In this document: positions 40,123 through 52,875 of the stretch, piece after piece
Numbering within the stretch: the first letter of the stretch is position 1
How the letters are laid out: each line of letters begins with the position of its first letter
Source of the DNA: Rhizophagus irregularis
Taxonomy: Eukaryota
Direction of reading: 5' to 3'
Length of the DNA stretch: 64,000 nt
Assembly (NCBI RefSeq): GCF_026210795.1
Contig: NC_089433.1
Location: forward strand, 2,666,001 to 2,730,000
The notes under the pieces: model-generated
What the model saw: only the letters and a program-made list of their open reading frames with translations
What the model was told of the DNA's origin: nothing
The model's database searches: none
Position numbers and translations under genes: made by a program

Positions 40123-41699
40123 TAATATGAAGAGAATGTGACTAGGGTTAAGAGAGTATTGACAATAAAAAATGGATAAAAAAGATGGGATGTAATTTGA
40201 TGAGTCCTTTCTTTTTTGATTGTAAAGTAAGTGGGCAAATGAAACATTAGTGATAAACTTTTTTTGTCTTATCCTATTTTATATTAAGTTTTAACTTTCA
40301 ATTATGATATATTAATTATAAAAAAAAAATTATTTATGTATGTAGAAATTCAGATAATAATATAAATTGAATCAAAGAATGATATGAATTATTGTGACTC
40401 ACATATACAGTAATGAAATATATGCAATTTTTAAATTATTTAATAATAAAAATAATTATAAAAAATATATGTCTTTTTCTTATTTATATATTATGATTTA
40501 TAAAAATTATTTTATTAATTTATTGTTTATTAAATTTTATTAAACCATATTACTAGTATTTAATATTGATTTTACTAAAACATACTACTAGTACTCAACA
40601 CCATAATATAGTATTAGGCAATTGAACAATTGGATGTTTTGGACATTTGTTCAAAACCTGTCCAAAACTTGTTTAAAACCAAAATCTTTTTTCATTGAAC
40701 AGCCTTAAATAGGCTTGCAAACAAAAAATTTAATTTAAACCAGAATTATGATTAATATTTTAATTTTAATTTACTGTATTTTGCATACTTCCCAAAAATA
40801 ATACTTCTATATTTTAAATAATACCAAAAATAAGTATCTATCAGAAATCAGCCAAATTTAATTACAAATAATGGGTACACAAATTATTTATTAATAGTAA
40901 TTTAGTTATGAAATTTACATCACAATTATTTATTTCCAATCATTTTTATTAAAATCAACAAATTTACTTATGAATAGCAAAATTTAACTTAATTTTGAAA
41001 AAAAAGTCATTTTTTAAGGTAATTGATTAAAATCTTTAAAATATGATAAAAGCTGCAATTAATACTATAATTTAAGAAAAAATCTAATTTAAAATACTTG
41101 ACTTATAGCCTTAGTATTAGGGTTGCATTGCAAGTAATATACTTAATTTTATCCATTTTTATACTATTCTTTTCAAATAATTTGTGAATTTTTTGGCTCT
41201 AAAAATTTTAATTCATAAGATAATTAGCGTAATACCAGTTAGATGTTCTAATATTTTCTTATATATTTGTATTTTTGCATATGGGCTGATTTGTTTACTC
41301 TGCATTAAAAAGAGTTATTGATTGATTTTCACAATTTTTGTTACTCAAAATTGTTTTGTAATACCAAAAAATCATCTGATTGATGATCACTTGACTAAAT
41401 AATAAGTTGAACAAAAATTTACATTTGCAAAACTTAAACTATTAAATGTAAAAGAGCTGTAAAAAAACCCATTTCACTAATAAAAAACCCATTTCTCATA
41501 TATATAGAATTTTTAACATATATTATTAAAAAGTAAGTATATTTTAATAAAATATAAAGTAAAATAAAAATTTATATAGCCTTAGTAGCTATAAATGTTT
41601 ATAAAAGTATAATAAAAATATTATATAAAAGATGGTATCATAATAGATATTTTCAAACAATAAAAATAATTATTTTATGTCAGAGTTTGTATTACCATC

Positions 41700-42008
41700 T
41701 TTAAACGCAAATATATCAAGATTCACTGATCCATTTTCTATAATTTTAGGCTCGTTGGAAAGCCCTTGTTCTGGACTTATAAGCGAAAAAAGAGCTTGCC
41801 GATTGAATTATTAGATTCAGAGATATTTACATTTAAAGTTGAGGTACAAACTTATTAACATGCTTAAATGCAAATATCTTGGGATCCACTGATCTATTTT
41901 GTATAAATTTAGGCTCTTTGGAAAGCCCTTGATTTGGTCTATATGAACGAAAAAAAAGCTTGCCAATTGGATCACTGGATCTGAAGATATTTACGTTTTA
42001 AGTTGAGA
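41700..42008. repeat. Two tandem copies of a ~165-bp imperfect palindromic module
   Basis: Each unit reads AAATAT..GAT(T/C)CACTGATC...TTGGAAAGCCCTTG...GATATTTAC..TTAAGTTGAG and resembles the palindrome at 16213-16345. Confidence 0.8.
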
Positions 42009-42251
42009 TATAAATTTTTAACATATATAGTAAGTGCTAAGAATTATATTAATTTAAAAGAAATATTACCAAACTATAGTATAATAACATTAAATAAAAA
42101 TTTTTTAATACTTATTCCCAATTTACTGTATATTATATAGTATTTTGTATAATAAAAATGTAATAAAATTAATATTTTAATTAAAGGTAGACAAATCAGC
42201 CTATATGGCAGTTTTATCAGTAACTTCTGTACTACAACAACAACTTGAAAG

Positions 42252-42681
42252 ATCACCAAATAGATGTATAAAAAAGGCATTTTTAACACCTTAATTGGTA
42301 ATTAAAAATGCCTAAAAGTATATAAATAAATAAGAAAATTGCTACATATCACCTGCAGTGATCATCACCGATATTATATAATTAAATTTTAACTTTATTT
42401 ACCAGTAATCATTACCGGTAATTACTTTTGCATAATCTTACTACTAAAGATATAGTTTGCTTTATCATCACCAAATAGATGTATAAAAAAGGCATTCTTA
42501 ACACCTTAATTGGTAATTAAAAATGCCTAAAAGTATATAAATAAATAAGAAAATTGCTACATATCACCTGCAGTAATCATCACCGATATTATATAATTAA
42601 ATTTTAACTTTATTTACCAGTAATCATTACCGGTAATTACTTTTGCATAATCTTACTACTAAAGATATAGTTTGCTTTATC
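42252..42681. repeat. 215-bp direct tandem duplication
   Basis: 42252-42466 and 42467-42681 match, with 2 substitutions seen by eye. Confidence 0.92.
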
Positions 42682-43029
42682 ATGTGACTTATTTTATCAT
42701 TGTTTGTTTCGTTAAATTACTCTTTTCCCACAAAACTTTTCACAAACATATTTTCCATAAACACTTCTTTCTTAGATACATCTTTTCTTTAAGCTTTATA
42801 GTTAGCATCTAAAAAAAAATTTGAAGTTAGGATATCAAAAGTTTAACAAGTTAATACATTTTATAGAACTAATACTTACTTTATTTTACAAAGAGTAACT
42901 AACTTGATTTTTCTTACAAATACTCTTTCCAATTTTTTAGGATTTTAAGCTTCTTCTTCAGTTGTCTTCACAACTAGTCTTATAAATAACTTTAAAGTTA
43001 GATATCAGTTACCATAATATTAATAAATT

Positions 43030-45801
43030 ATGAATATTAATTATGAATAACGAATATCAAAACTGACCATTTAACCTTCAACTTATGGATTATAAATATC
43101 AAGACCAAAACCAACCATCATCCGATCATCAACTGATGGATTACAAATATCAAAATCAAGATCAATTATCATCTGGTCTTCAGTTGATGGATTATGAATA
43201 TCAAAACTAAGGCCAATTGTCGTCTTATTTTCAATTAATGGACTACAAATATTATTAATATCAAGGCCAACCATCTGACTAATTTTATCCAAAAAATAAA
43301 GAGAAGCAAGTAGCGGTATCTTTAGATATAATTACTGAACCTGATTGTGAATAAAATAATACGAATAGTAATAATCATACAACTGATGATATTAATGATA
43401 CGACAATTACGACTGAAATATTAAATGTTAATGATATCTTCAAAGATTAGGATGCAGTTGAAACTGCTGTTAATATGTTTGCCAAACACAATGGTTTTGT
43501 TGCTATTAAATTTCGTAAAGATCTTAATATTATTGATAAAACTATTACTCATCGTCATGTTTATCAATATTGGAAAACTGGAATTAATAATCCAAAAAAA
43601 GTAGAGGATATTACATTACATCATGAGAGTAGTTCAATTAAAACAAACTGTCCTTGGCAAGCTAACTTCTATTTTGGCAAATGTGCTGCTGATATACACC
43701 TTACGAAGTTTAACAATAGCCATAATCATCAATGTGATCCTGTTTCAATAGAATTAGCTCCTAAAAACTTACGCTTTTTACAATTAATTTTAGATAAAAT
43801 TGAACATTATACTATAAAGGGTAATTAAGTGCAGAACAACAATATGATCTTCTTGTTTATGAATTTCTACAGTACTATATTAAAAAAAAATCTCTATAAT
43901 GCAATCCAAAAAATTTTGAGGTATTCGGGTTCATGATGAATCTGATGCTGCTACAATATTTCTATATCTTTTAAAACAACATAAAGAAGATTCTAATTAT
44001 ATAGTAATATCACGCTTAGAAGAACTATCTAATGAACTTACTGGTCTTTTCTAGATAACAAGTAAACAGTGTAATGAACTTTGGCCTAAATTTCATGATG
44101 TTGTTATTCATGATAACACAGCAAAAATGAATAGATACGAAATGGCACTAAGCTTGTTTGTTGGAATTGACAATAATTTTAAAACAAGAGTTCTTGCTCA
44201 AGCTCTTACAAAATATGAGACACAAGCTGATTATATTTGGATATTACAATGCACTTTAAAAGTAACAAATAATCTTTCACCTTATGTATTATATACAGAT
44301 AGTGATCCAGTAATGTTAGCTGCTGTTCAAGTTGTTTATTCACAAACTCATCATTTGTTATGTATGTATTTACCACATTGCAGAAAATATAAAAAAAAAG
44401 CCAAAGCTTTATTACGTAATGATATGGTTCAGAATTTTATTGAAGATTTTTATCACATGTATAATAGTTATACTGAGTATCAATTTGAATTAAGATACAC
44501 TGAAATGCTTACAAAGTATTAGCTGTATTGATCTTATCTTGAAAAAAAACTTTATCCTAGCCGTGAATCATGGGTAAGATACGCGATTTTAAAGTATTTA
44601 CAGCAGGTGTTGAGTCAACTCAACGAGTTGAATCCATTAATGGTGTTCTTAAAAAACATTTAGATCGAGGAACTTTATTAAAGGAGTTAGTAAAAGTCAT
44701 TGAAATGAACTGGACAAAAAAGCACAATATAATCGAATTAAGGAATATTATAGGTCAAATCCATCAACTGGTCTTCCGTCAACATATAATATGATTTTCA
44801 AAAATATTGACTCTATTTTAAAGGATCATTTAGCATCTATTCTATTATCACTTCAACAAGCTCAAATAAAACAGTCATTATTATATCAGGGAATATTAAT
44901 TTTAATTGATCAAGTTAAAGAATCTGATAATGAGCAATCTAATGGTATAATTGAATATATTTATAATAAACTACAAATTAGATTACAAGATCTCTTATCA
45001 GATATAAACAGTGACGAAATCCAAGAAATATGAGAGATTTATTATATTACTGTAACATCATCAACATTTACACTACATTATATAGTAATTCTCAAAGATT
45101 CAACCTTATTTTGTACATGTATGTATATTATCAATCAAAGAATGCCATGTCGACATTAGTATTGGGTTCTTCTTCAGTTTAATAAAACTATTTTTTATAT
45201 GAGATTTATTTATCCACGTTGGTATGAATCAATACCAACTGAAACAACTAATTATATTATAGTTGCTTAAGGAAATAAAGATTATACCACCAAAGCTTTA
45301 TATTATATTGATCAAATTCGGTCTGCAAATGTTTATACATCAAATATTAAAGAAAGAGTTAATAAAAAGATTGAGTTTGATTCTATAATATCAGTAGTAA
45401 AGACAAGTGTTCAAGTTGCTGTAGCAGAAGGTGTTGCATCAGAATTGATTAGACTTCTTACTCAATTCATTATGAAATATCGTCATAATACTAGATTAAA
45501 TATAGAAGAAGTTCATTTTATATCACATTTTAATAATGAGATTCAAGAATCCTTCTATAATTACCAACGACAGCCATTAGTTGTAGTGGAAGAACGTAAT
45601 ATTCCAGAAATATCAAATCCAGAATATCACAAGCCAAAAGGTCGTTTTCCAAAATGATATAAATCATCAACTGAAGAGAATAATTATCAATATGTATCTT
45701 TGTCTTCTAAAACCTGTAGTTATTGTCTGGAAAAAGGGCATAATATTAGAAGATGTAGGCAACATAAAGCTGACTTAATTGATAAAGAAAATAATAACTA
45801 A
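43030..45801 (+). pseudogene. MULE (Mutator/FAR1-like) transposase pseudogene
   Basis: FAKHNGF, KTNCPW, HNHQC, HDNTAKMNRYEMALSLFVGIDNN, YTDSD, FTAGVESTQRVESINGVLK, SWIM-like CTC...PCRH, KPKGR, C-terminal CSYC..GHN..C. Many stops and frameshifts. Confidence 0.92.
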
Positions 45802-46306
45802 ACCTTAGTTGATATGGTAGATTTAGTAGGCAATATTTTAAGTGGGGTTTAAAGTTCAGTTTAATGTAAGATATTTGTTAGTTGCGTATTCTTAATTTCT
45901 TGTATAATCTGAAAAAAAACTTTGTAATTAATGATTACTATTGAACGCAATTATGCAATGATTTACAGCTATTTGCTGCAGTTACGCAATAAAAAATTTT
46001 ACAATAAAATGTTAATTGATCTTAAATCATGTTTCACGTGAAATATAAAAAAATTGTAATACTGATGATAATCACCACCAGTGATAAATAGCAAACTCCA
46101 ATAAATAAATAACTCTTTATTAATAAAAAGATTATAGAGTATTAATAACAAATAGATAGCTAAAAGGAAATAAAAAAATGGCAAAATAATAAAAATATAT
46201 GGATAGTTATAAGGTAATAGTACAGAAGAATAAAAATAAATAGATACCAATTTGATCATAAAAAAATTACAGAATACTAGAAATAGTAACTAAATAACAT
46301 TATACT

Positions 46307-46518
46307 AGGACCCCGAAATATATATGTAGAGGTCAGGTCCAGAAGTGGTCCAAAATACGCATTCTTTCAGGGCCAGAATTACGATAATTTTAGCCATTAT
46401 CTAAATTAGGAAATATTATTTTGGCTGGGATTATCCATAAAAGAAATGATCTACATGATTTTTTTGACTCATTATACGCAAACTCTGACCTACCCTTTTA
46501 TGTATATTTCGGGGTCCT
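46307..46518. mobile_element. 212-bp MITE, AGGACCC family copy 3
   Basis: Left AGGACCCCGAAATATATATGTAGAGGTCAGGTC; right GACCTACCCTTTTATGTATATTTCGGGGTCCT; TSD ATTATACT at 46299-46306 and 46519-46526. Confidence 0.88.
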
Positions 46519-46779
46519 ATTATACTCATAATTAAATAATAATATATTTACAATTAAATAAAAATATACTGTAATTGAAAACAACTGGATTATAGATAAA
46601 ATTATTATAATAGTTTTATAAACTAAAAATTTCTTTTTAATTTTTTTTCATTTATATAAATAAATGCAATCTTATTATTTATAATTTTTTTTTTTTTTTT
46701 TGCTGTAGCACATATAGATATTTATTAAGATTTAAAGAATAAGTTTATACAATACATGTAAAACTAATATAAATTCTAA

Positions 46780-47800
46780 TTTAGTAAAGAACTACATCAT
46801 CCACTAACTTCAGCAAAGTAATCATATGTGTACTGTCAGTGAAGGATTTAGGCTAGAGGAGTAATAAGTTCACCTTATAGATGTCCTTTCTTAGAGGGAT
46901 TCTCCCTCCTTCCAGTCTACGCCATGAGTGCCCCAAAGACTCACTGCTATTGCAGACGAAACCCATTCGAACCAAAATGAAATAAAGGAGGTAATAACAA
47001 AAGTTTGGGTAAAAAAAAAAATTAAAAAAGAAGTAATTAAAAAAAATATTAGTATTTTACAGATACGAAGGCTACTATAGTGTCTACTACAATTCTACCT
47101 ATAGTCACCAAGGCCAAGCAGTCATCCTGTCAGTTCTCAAGCTTTTTTAATAATGATCTAATTTTTATTAATAAAGTTAGTTTTTCAGATTCACTACATC
47201 CAAACCTTTCTTCATATTCCTAAGAGTTGCGAATACGTGTTTCTTTCTGAGAGGTTTGCTCATCTTAATCTTGTTATCTGTAGTATTTGGTCTAATCTTG
47301 TGAGCTGTGTCTTAGTTCTGCTTTTGATTACAGCCACTTCTTGGTAGTCAGTTACGATTTTTAGATAATTGAGGTGAAAAGTATTTAATCTAAACATCTT
47401 CATATTTTTGCAAGTTTAACTTAGTATTTGTAATCTTATTCAAATCAGTCCAATTGTTGTAATACGTGATAATAAGCTTGCAAACCCCATATATAGTAAT
47501 GTTAAAATATATATAGATCATCATATATCAATATATAAATTATTATATTCTATTGGTTAGTTGACATTTGAAACAAAATACAATATGTATAAATTATATT
47601 AGTAAAAAATATTATATATATCATAGTATACTAATTAATTTATAAATAATGATTATATAATATATTATATTATAATAAATATTAATATATTAATATAATT
47701 TTTATATTGTAATTAAAAAATATATGATTTAATATTATATAATTATATATTTTTAATATTATTAATTTACTATTAATTAAGTATTATTCTCAGTTTAATT
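46780..47800. mobile_element. Probable retroelement 3' remnant (decayed minus-strand ORF followed by a TGTTA-starting AT-rich segment)
   Basis: GC-richer block; the minus strand at about 47050-47460 reads as one frame with many stops; TGTTA at 47500 could be an LTR start. No RT or integrase motif seen. Confidence 0.35.
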
Positions 47801-50800
47801 ATTGTTTTTTTAAAAAAAAAATAAAAAAAAACCTTTTTTTAAATAATATCCTTTTTCTTTATATCTGATATATTCATTTTTAATTTATATTCATTATTTT
47901 GATTTATACTTTCAATGGTTTAGTATACTTTCATTTTTCATTATTCTCTCATTTTTTTTTTTGATGGCATATTTTTCCAATTTAAGGTTTAGCAATTTGA
48001 GTAAAGGGTAAAAATATAAATAATCCACATCTTATTGAATAAAGACTCTTCATATTGAATTTATAAATTGTTTTTTTTACAACTATAAAAAAGGTCATTA
48101 CTCATTGGTGCCAAGTATTATTAAATTTGATCTTTCAAATCTTGACAATAATCTTATTTTTTTTTTAATTCTCTCGAAAAAATAACAAAAAAAGAAATAA
48201 TTTGATCTCTGCATTTTTTTTTGATATAAAAAAATGCGGAATCCTTTTTTTTTATTGTATTTTCAAAATTAAATTCTAATTATCTTTCATATGAAATCCT
48301 TTCTCGATTAATTTTATAAGAAAAAAAACGAAAGAAAAAGAATTAGAATAAAAATTAAAAAAATACAAAAACCACCAAAAATTAAGCCTTACCATTCTAC
48401 GCAAAAAAAAACCTAAAAATAAAATCATAATTAACTCAAAACTCAGAAAAACTATCTAAAAATAAATAGATTTTCTAAAAAAATCGAACAGGTAAAAAAT
48501 TATATGTTATGTGTATTAAGTTTCAGTCTCCTTTTTTTTTTCCTTTCTAAGGAAATTATTAAGAAAAAAAAAATATGTTGATTATTTGTAAATGATACGA
48601 ATTGATACGCAATAAAATTTTTTTGCTTGTCAATCATACATATCATATATCATATCAAATGATTTTTTCTTTGGGGGCTTAACCCCTTTTTGAGTTGCCG
48701 CAATTTTGAAAAAAATCTACATTTTTCCGTTCTTTCGTTATCTCGGTAATCCTTCTAAAAAAAATTTTGGAAACTTTTGGAATTTCCATGCATCCCAAAA
48801 ATCTAGCCCATTCTTTGTTTAAATGTTCCCACGGATAAGCCTGAAACTCTTTCTATGCAAAAACAAAGGGTTGGACAAACAGGTTGATCCAGTGATAAAC
48901 CCTGATTTTTGATTCGTGCTCATTTTTTTTTCCAAATAGCATTTTTCATTTTTATTTTCTTTTTTCAGTTAAATAATAAAATAAATAATTGTTCATGGTA
49001 ATAATAGAAAAATGTGCCCAGATAAGAAGTACCCTGAATCCAGCCATTACCAAACTTAAAATCCCTTATTAGAAATTCATTAAAATTTCTTTTTGACGTA
49101 TTATCATGCACAAATAAAGTTTTAATTTCAAATCAACTTCCATTTTTTTCAAATTGAATGAAATCAAAATATAATGAATGACCAAAAAAATAATTAATTT
49201 CTTCTAATTATATCTTCTTTTTTCTGCAAGCTGTCGTCTTCTTGCAACTGACAGGTAAAAACTTTAAAAAAAAATCAGGAAATTTCTAAAAAAAAAAATA
49301 TTTCAATATTCTTTTTTTTCCGAGAATTCTCCGTTTTGATAAAAAAAATCTTTCTGTGATACACCATAAACATTTCCTTACCGTTCTTTTTCTCGAACAT
49401 GAATGATTTTTTGTGATACTCTTGTAATACTATGTGAAACTTTTTAAGATTTTTTGCACTGCGTAACTGGGCAGAATTAAACTCCAAAAAGATTCATTCA
49501 TAAACTTATTGTTGATATTTATTTGTTGACGCCGTTCAAGATAACAAATAGTAAACGATGATGATCGTATCAAAAAAATTTCGTCATATCTTGGTAGGTT
49601 CTTGATTTTTCGTGTTACTTCGTTTAAAGAGAAGAATAATTTCAAAGATAATTTTAAAAAATTTCTCACGAAATAAGGAGATGTTTATTATTCAAAGGAT
49701 TTTTACTTATCCATATAGTGTCCATAATAACATCTAATATCTTTGATTGATTGATCGGCTAATAAAAAATTAGAAATCCATTTCTTGGATTTAGACCAAA
49801 AATTAATTAGTCAATCGGGATTTCTTGCCAAGTAAATAACGCCACATAATTTTTTTTTGGAAAGTCATATGAATATGGCAGATATTTTTTTTTCTTTCAC
49901 CAATGAAATCGATAAACATTTCTAAAAAATTCTATGCCAAAGGTCCTAGAAAAAAGCAGGCGCATATTAAATAATAACTTGAAATAAAACCTGTTAAAAA
50001 ACAAGAATCTTGCATGATCAAAAAAAGGCGGTGGAATCTAGAAACACTTGAGCAAAAATGTCTCGGAAAACCCGTTGTTATTGTCTTAACTATAAAGTAA
50101 AACTTTTCTCAAATGTTTTACTTTATGTATGCACTTCAAATACAAGGTTTTTCTTCATAGATGATAGATATAAGAGATAACGATGGACAAGGAGAGGGTT
50201 AACTTTTTTTCATTCACCAAGAACCTTTTTTTTTTCGTTAAGAAAAAAGGAAAAAAAGAAAGAGAATGAATAGTTTATTATTTATAAGATTTTAGAAAGA
50301 TTTAAAGAACGATAGATTTATTATAATGGTATTATTGTACTATTATATTCATGAAAGAATATTCTGAAACATTTGAAGAAAGACTTAACATTTTTGAACT
50401 TATTGTTGACAATGGTAAATGGATTTTCAAACGTTACAATCGTTAAACATGTAAGAAATTATACTCATAAAGAAATCACATGAGTATATGCGGTCCTTTT
50501 CGTTTTATAGTTAGTGATACGGCTTTTTTCATTGGATTTTATTCTTGGAATTTTTTATAAGGACTAATACCTTTGTAATTATGCATTATTTTTTTGTATT
50601 GTATAAACTATAATTTTTAAGGGTAATTACAACAATGAAACCAAAAATTTCACAGATGGCGTACATTTTTGTCTCGTTACTTTAAAAAATTGTTACTTTT
50701 GTGCACTCTTCAGGTTTCGGATCTTGACTTTTTGATCTCTATACGATTTGTCGGATGATTATCTTTTCTTACTTGTTCCTGCATATTTAGATATTTATAT

Positions 50801-51076
50801 AAATGGGTAAGCAATCTCTTTTCAAAAATAATCACGCATACACTTTTTTTTCTCTCTAAAAAAAAAAATTTTTATATATATAAAAAAAAACCTTTTTTTT
50901 TCTTTTCAAAAGGAAAGAAAAAAAAATATCTATATAAATATATAAATAAATATATACATATATATATATATCCTCGTGACGAATAAATCTCTCACGCTTT
51001 ATAAATAATAATAAAAAAAAAAAATTATATATATACATATTATTTTTCTCTTTAACGAAAACAAAAATAAAAAACG

Positions 51077-51502
51077 ATGACTTATCAATTTTCAAGACCT
51101 CACTCAGTATACGCACAATCAAATTATCAAACACAATTATCATCAGGACAACGACCATATTCAGTAGTTGGATATGAAGGATATGAAGGATTATCCTCTT
51201 TACAACAACCATCATCATTTCGAGTGATTCGACGTCGTCATCAACGAAAAAATGTTCGTAATAATAGTAATGTATTAAATCCTACCTTGGATAATTTCTA
51301 TAATACTTTACGTCGTGCAGGAGCCGATCTTAACGTAACTTCTGCAAAGAGTTGGGTAAAAGAATATGAAGGTTATAGACGACAAGTTCTTAGTGCCGAG
51401 AAATCTAGTATTGAAAACACTCGACCGGTATCATGTTATACTTCTTCCCTTGTTTCATCTCCATCAACAATGGAATATCAACGTTATTCTATGCAATTTT
51501 AA
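51077..51502 (+). CDS. Hypothetical 141-aa intronless protein
   Basis: Clean ATG in an A-rich context, composition distinct from the flanks, TATATAAA upstream near 50796. No family recognised. Confidence 0.7.
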   Translation: MTYQFSRPHSVYAQSNYQTQLSSGQRPYSVVGYEGYEGLSSLQQPSSFRVIRRRHQRKNVRNNSNVLNPTLDNFYNTLRRAGADLNVTSAKSWVKEYEGYRRQVLSAEKSSIENTRPVSCYTSSLVSSPSTMEYQRYSMQF

Positions 51503-52788
51503 AATGTATTTTTCATTTTGGTGGAAGACTATGGACAGTTTTTTTTATTTATTTGATTTTTTTTATTTTTTTTTTATTATTATTTTTATTTAAGTGTATG
51601 TAAGTATATATCATTCATCCAACATTGTAGTAAAAAAATCAACAAAAAAATGGGTAAAAAGAATTCTTTTGGCGATTGAGGCGGGAGGAATAAAAATTTC
51701 AGAGAAATTTTGGAAAGTTTTTCGCTTTCGATTCGCATTTCGGGATTTTCTTTGTATCACATATTTATAACTTTCCTTAACCCCTTTTTTTTTCTTTTCC
51801 TCTTTATAATAATAATGGGCTAGTACCGTGTTATAGTGAAGGTGGAACGAGGAAAAAAAACCTTGTAAATTATTTTTTTCTTTGCATATCTTTATTATCT
51901 CAATTATTTTTTTCCATTATCTATCTCCATATATATCTATCTCCACATATATCTATCTCCATATATATCTTATCCCTTCATATATATCCTCCCCCTTTAA
52001 AAAAAAACCCTTAATTTGAAAGAATGTAAAGATACAATAGGCACATTTTATGTTCTTAAATTCGTATCTTTCGTTCTCGTATCTTTTTCATTCTCGTATT
52101 TTTTTTTTCTTTTTTTGATTTAAAATTTAAGAAAAATCGTTTCTTTATTTTTCTTTCTTCATATGTAGCTATTGTTTAAATCTGAAAAGAAGAAAAAAAA
52201 GATTATTTTATTAATGGTATCTATAGCTCTTTATAAATACAGGAACTAATACAAATAACAAAATTTAAAAGTATTTTAAAAAAATCTTTTCTTTTTTTTT
52301 TTTTAAAGTAGAAGACAAACCAAATAATTTTGGTTACGTAAGAAATGTAAATAATATATGATTTAATTAAAAAAAAAATAAAAAAATAAAAAAACATTAA
52401 GAAAAATTAGAGGAATATTATTATTATTACATGATGTTACGTTTCTCGTAAAAAAAAAATTTTAAAGTGCCGAACTTCATTGAATATATTCGTCACGCTA
52501 ATGCATAATATAGATAAGTTCTAAAGTTAATTGAAGTGCGATGATTAATGCAGTGAACTTGCAGATATACTAATCAAAATGGATCCATTGGCCCAAAAAT
52601 TATTTACTTTGTACTACCAAAAAAAAATACCTGAAAAAATCTTGTTAATAACGAAACTTTAATTTAAAATTTACTTCTTTCAAACATTATTATTATTCAT
52701 TTAAAGATTCTCAGTACACATTATTTTCTTCTCCTTGTCTTTTAGCGGTTGGTTAATACTCTTATCAAGTAAACATATAATATGAGAG

Positions 52789-52875
52789 TATCCTGTGGCC
52801 AAGTGGCCAAAGCAACGAAAGTAATTCTAATTTGATGGACGCAAAAAAATAACACCACTTTGATATGTCGGATAT
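52789..52875 (+). pseudogene. Possible degenerate tRNA-like sequence
   Basis: TATCCTG-TGGCCAAGTGG (A-box at the tRNA position) and 3' TCGGATA pair at 6 of 7 positions; the T-arm/B-box is degraded (CACTTTGATATG). Confidence 0.25.

Noticed and set aside
40609..41500. Possible decayed hAT left end and BED-like remnant
   Set aside because: Too degraded: no matching right end, TSD or readable motif.
49275..51218. F/I/K-rich short ORFs in AT-rich intergenic DNA
   Set aside because: Composition-driven, often with non-ATG starts, and no recognisable motifs.
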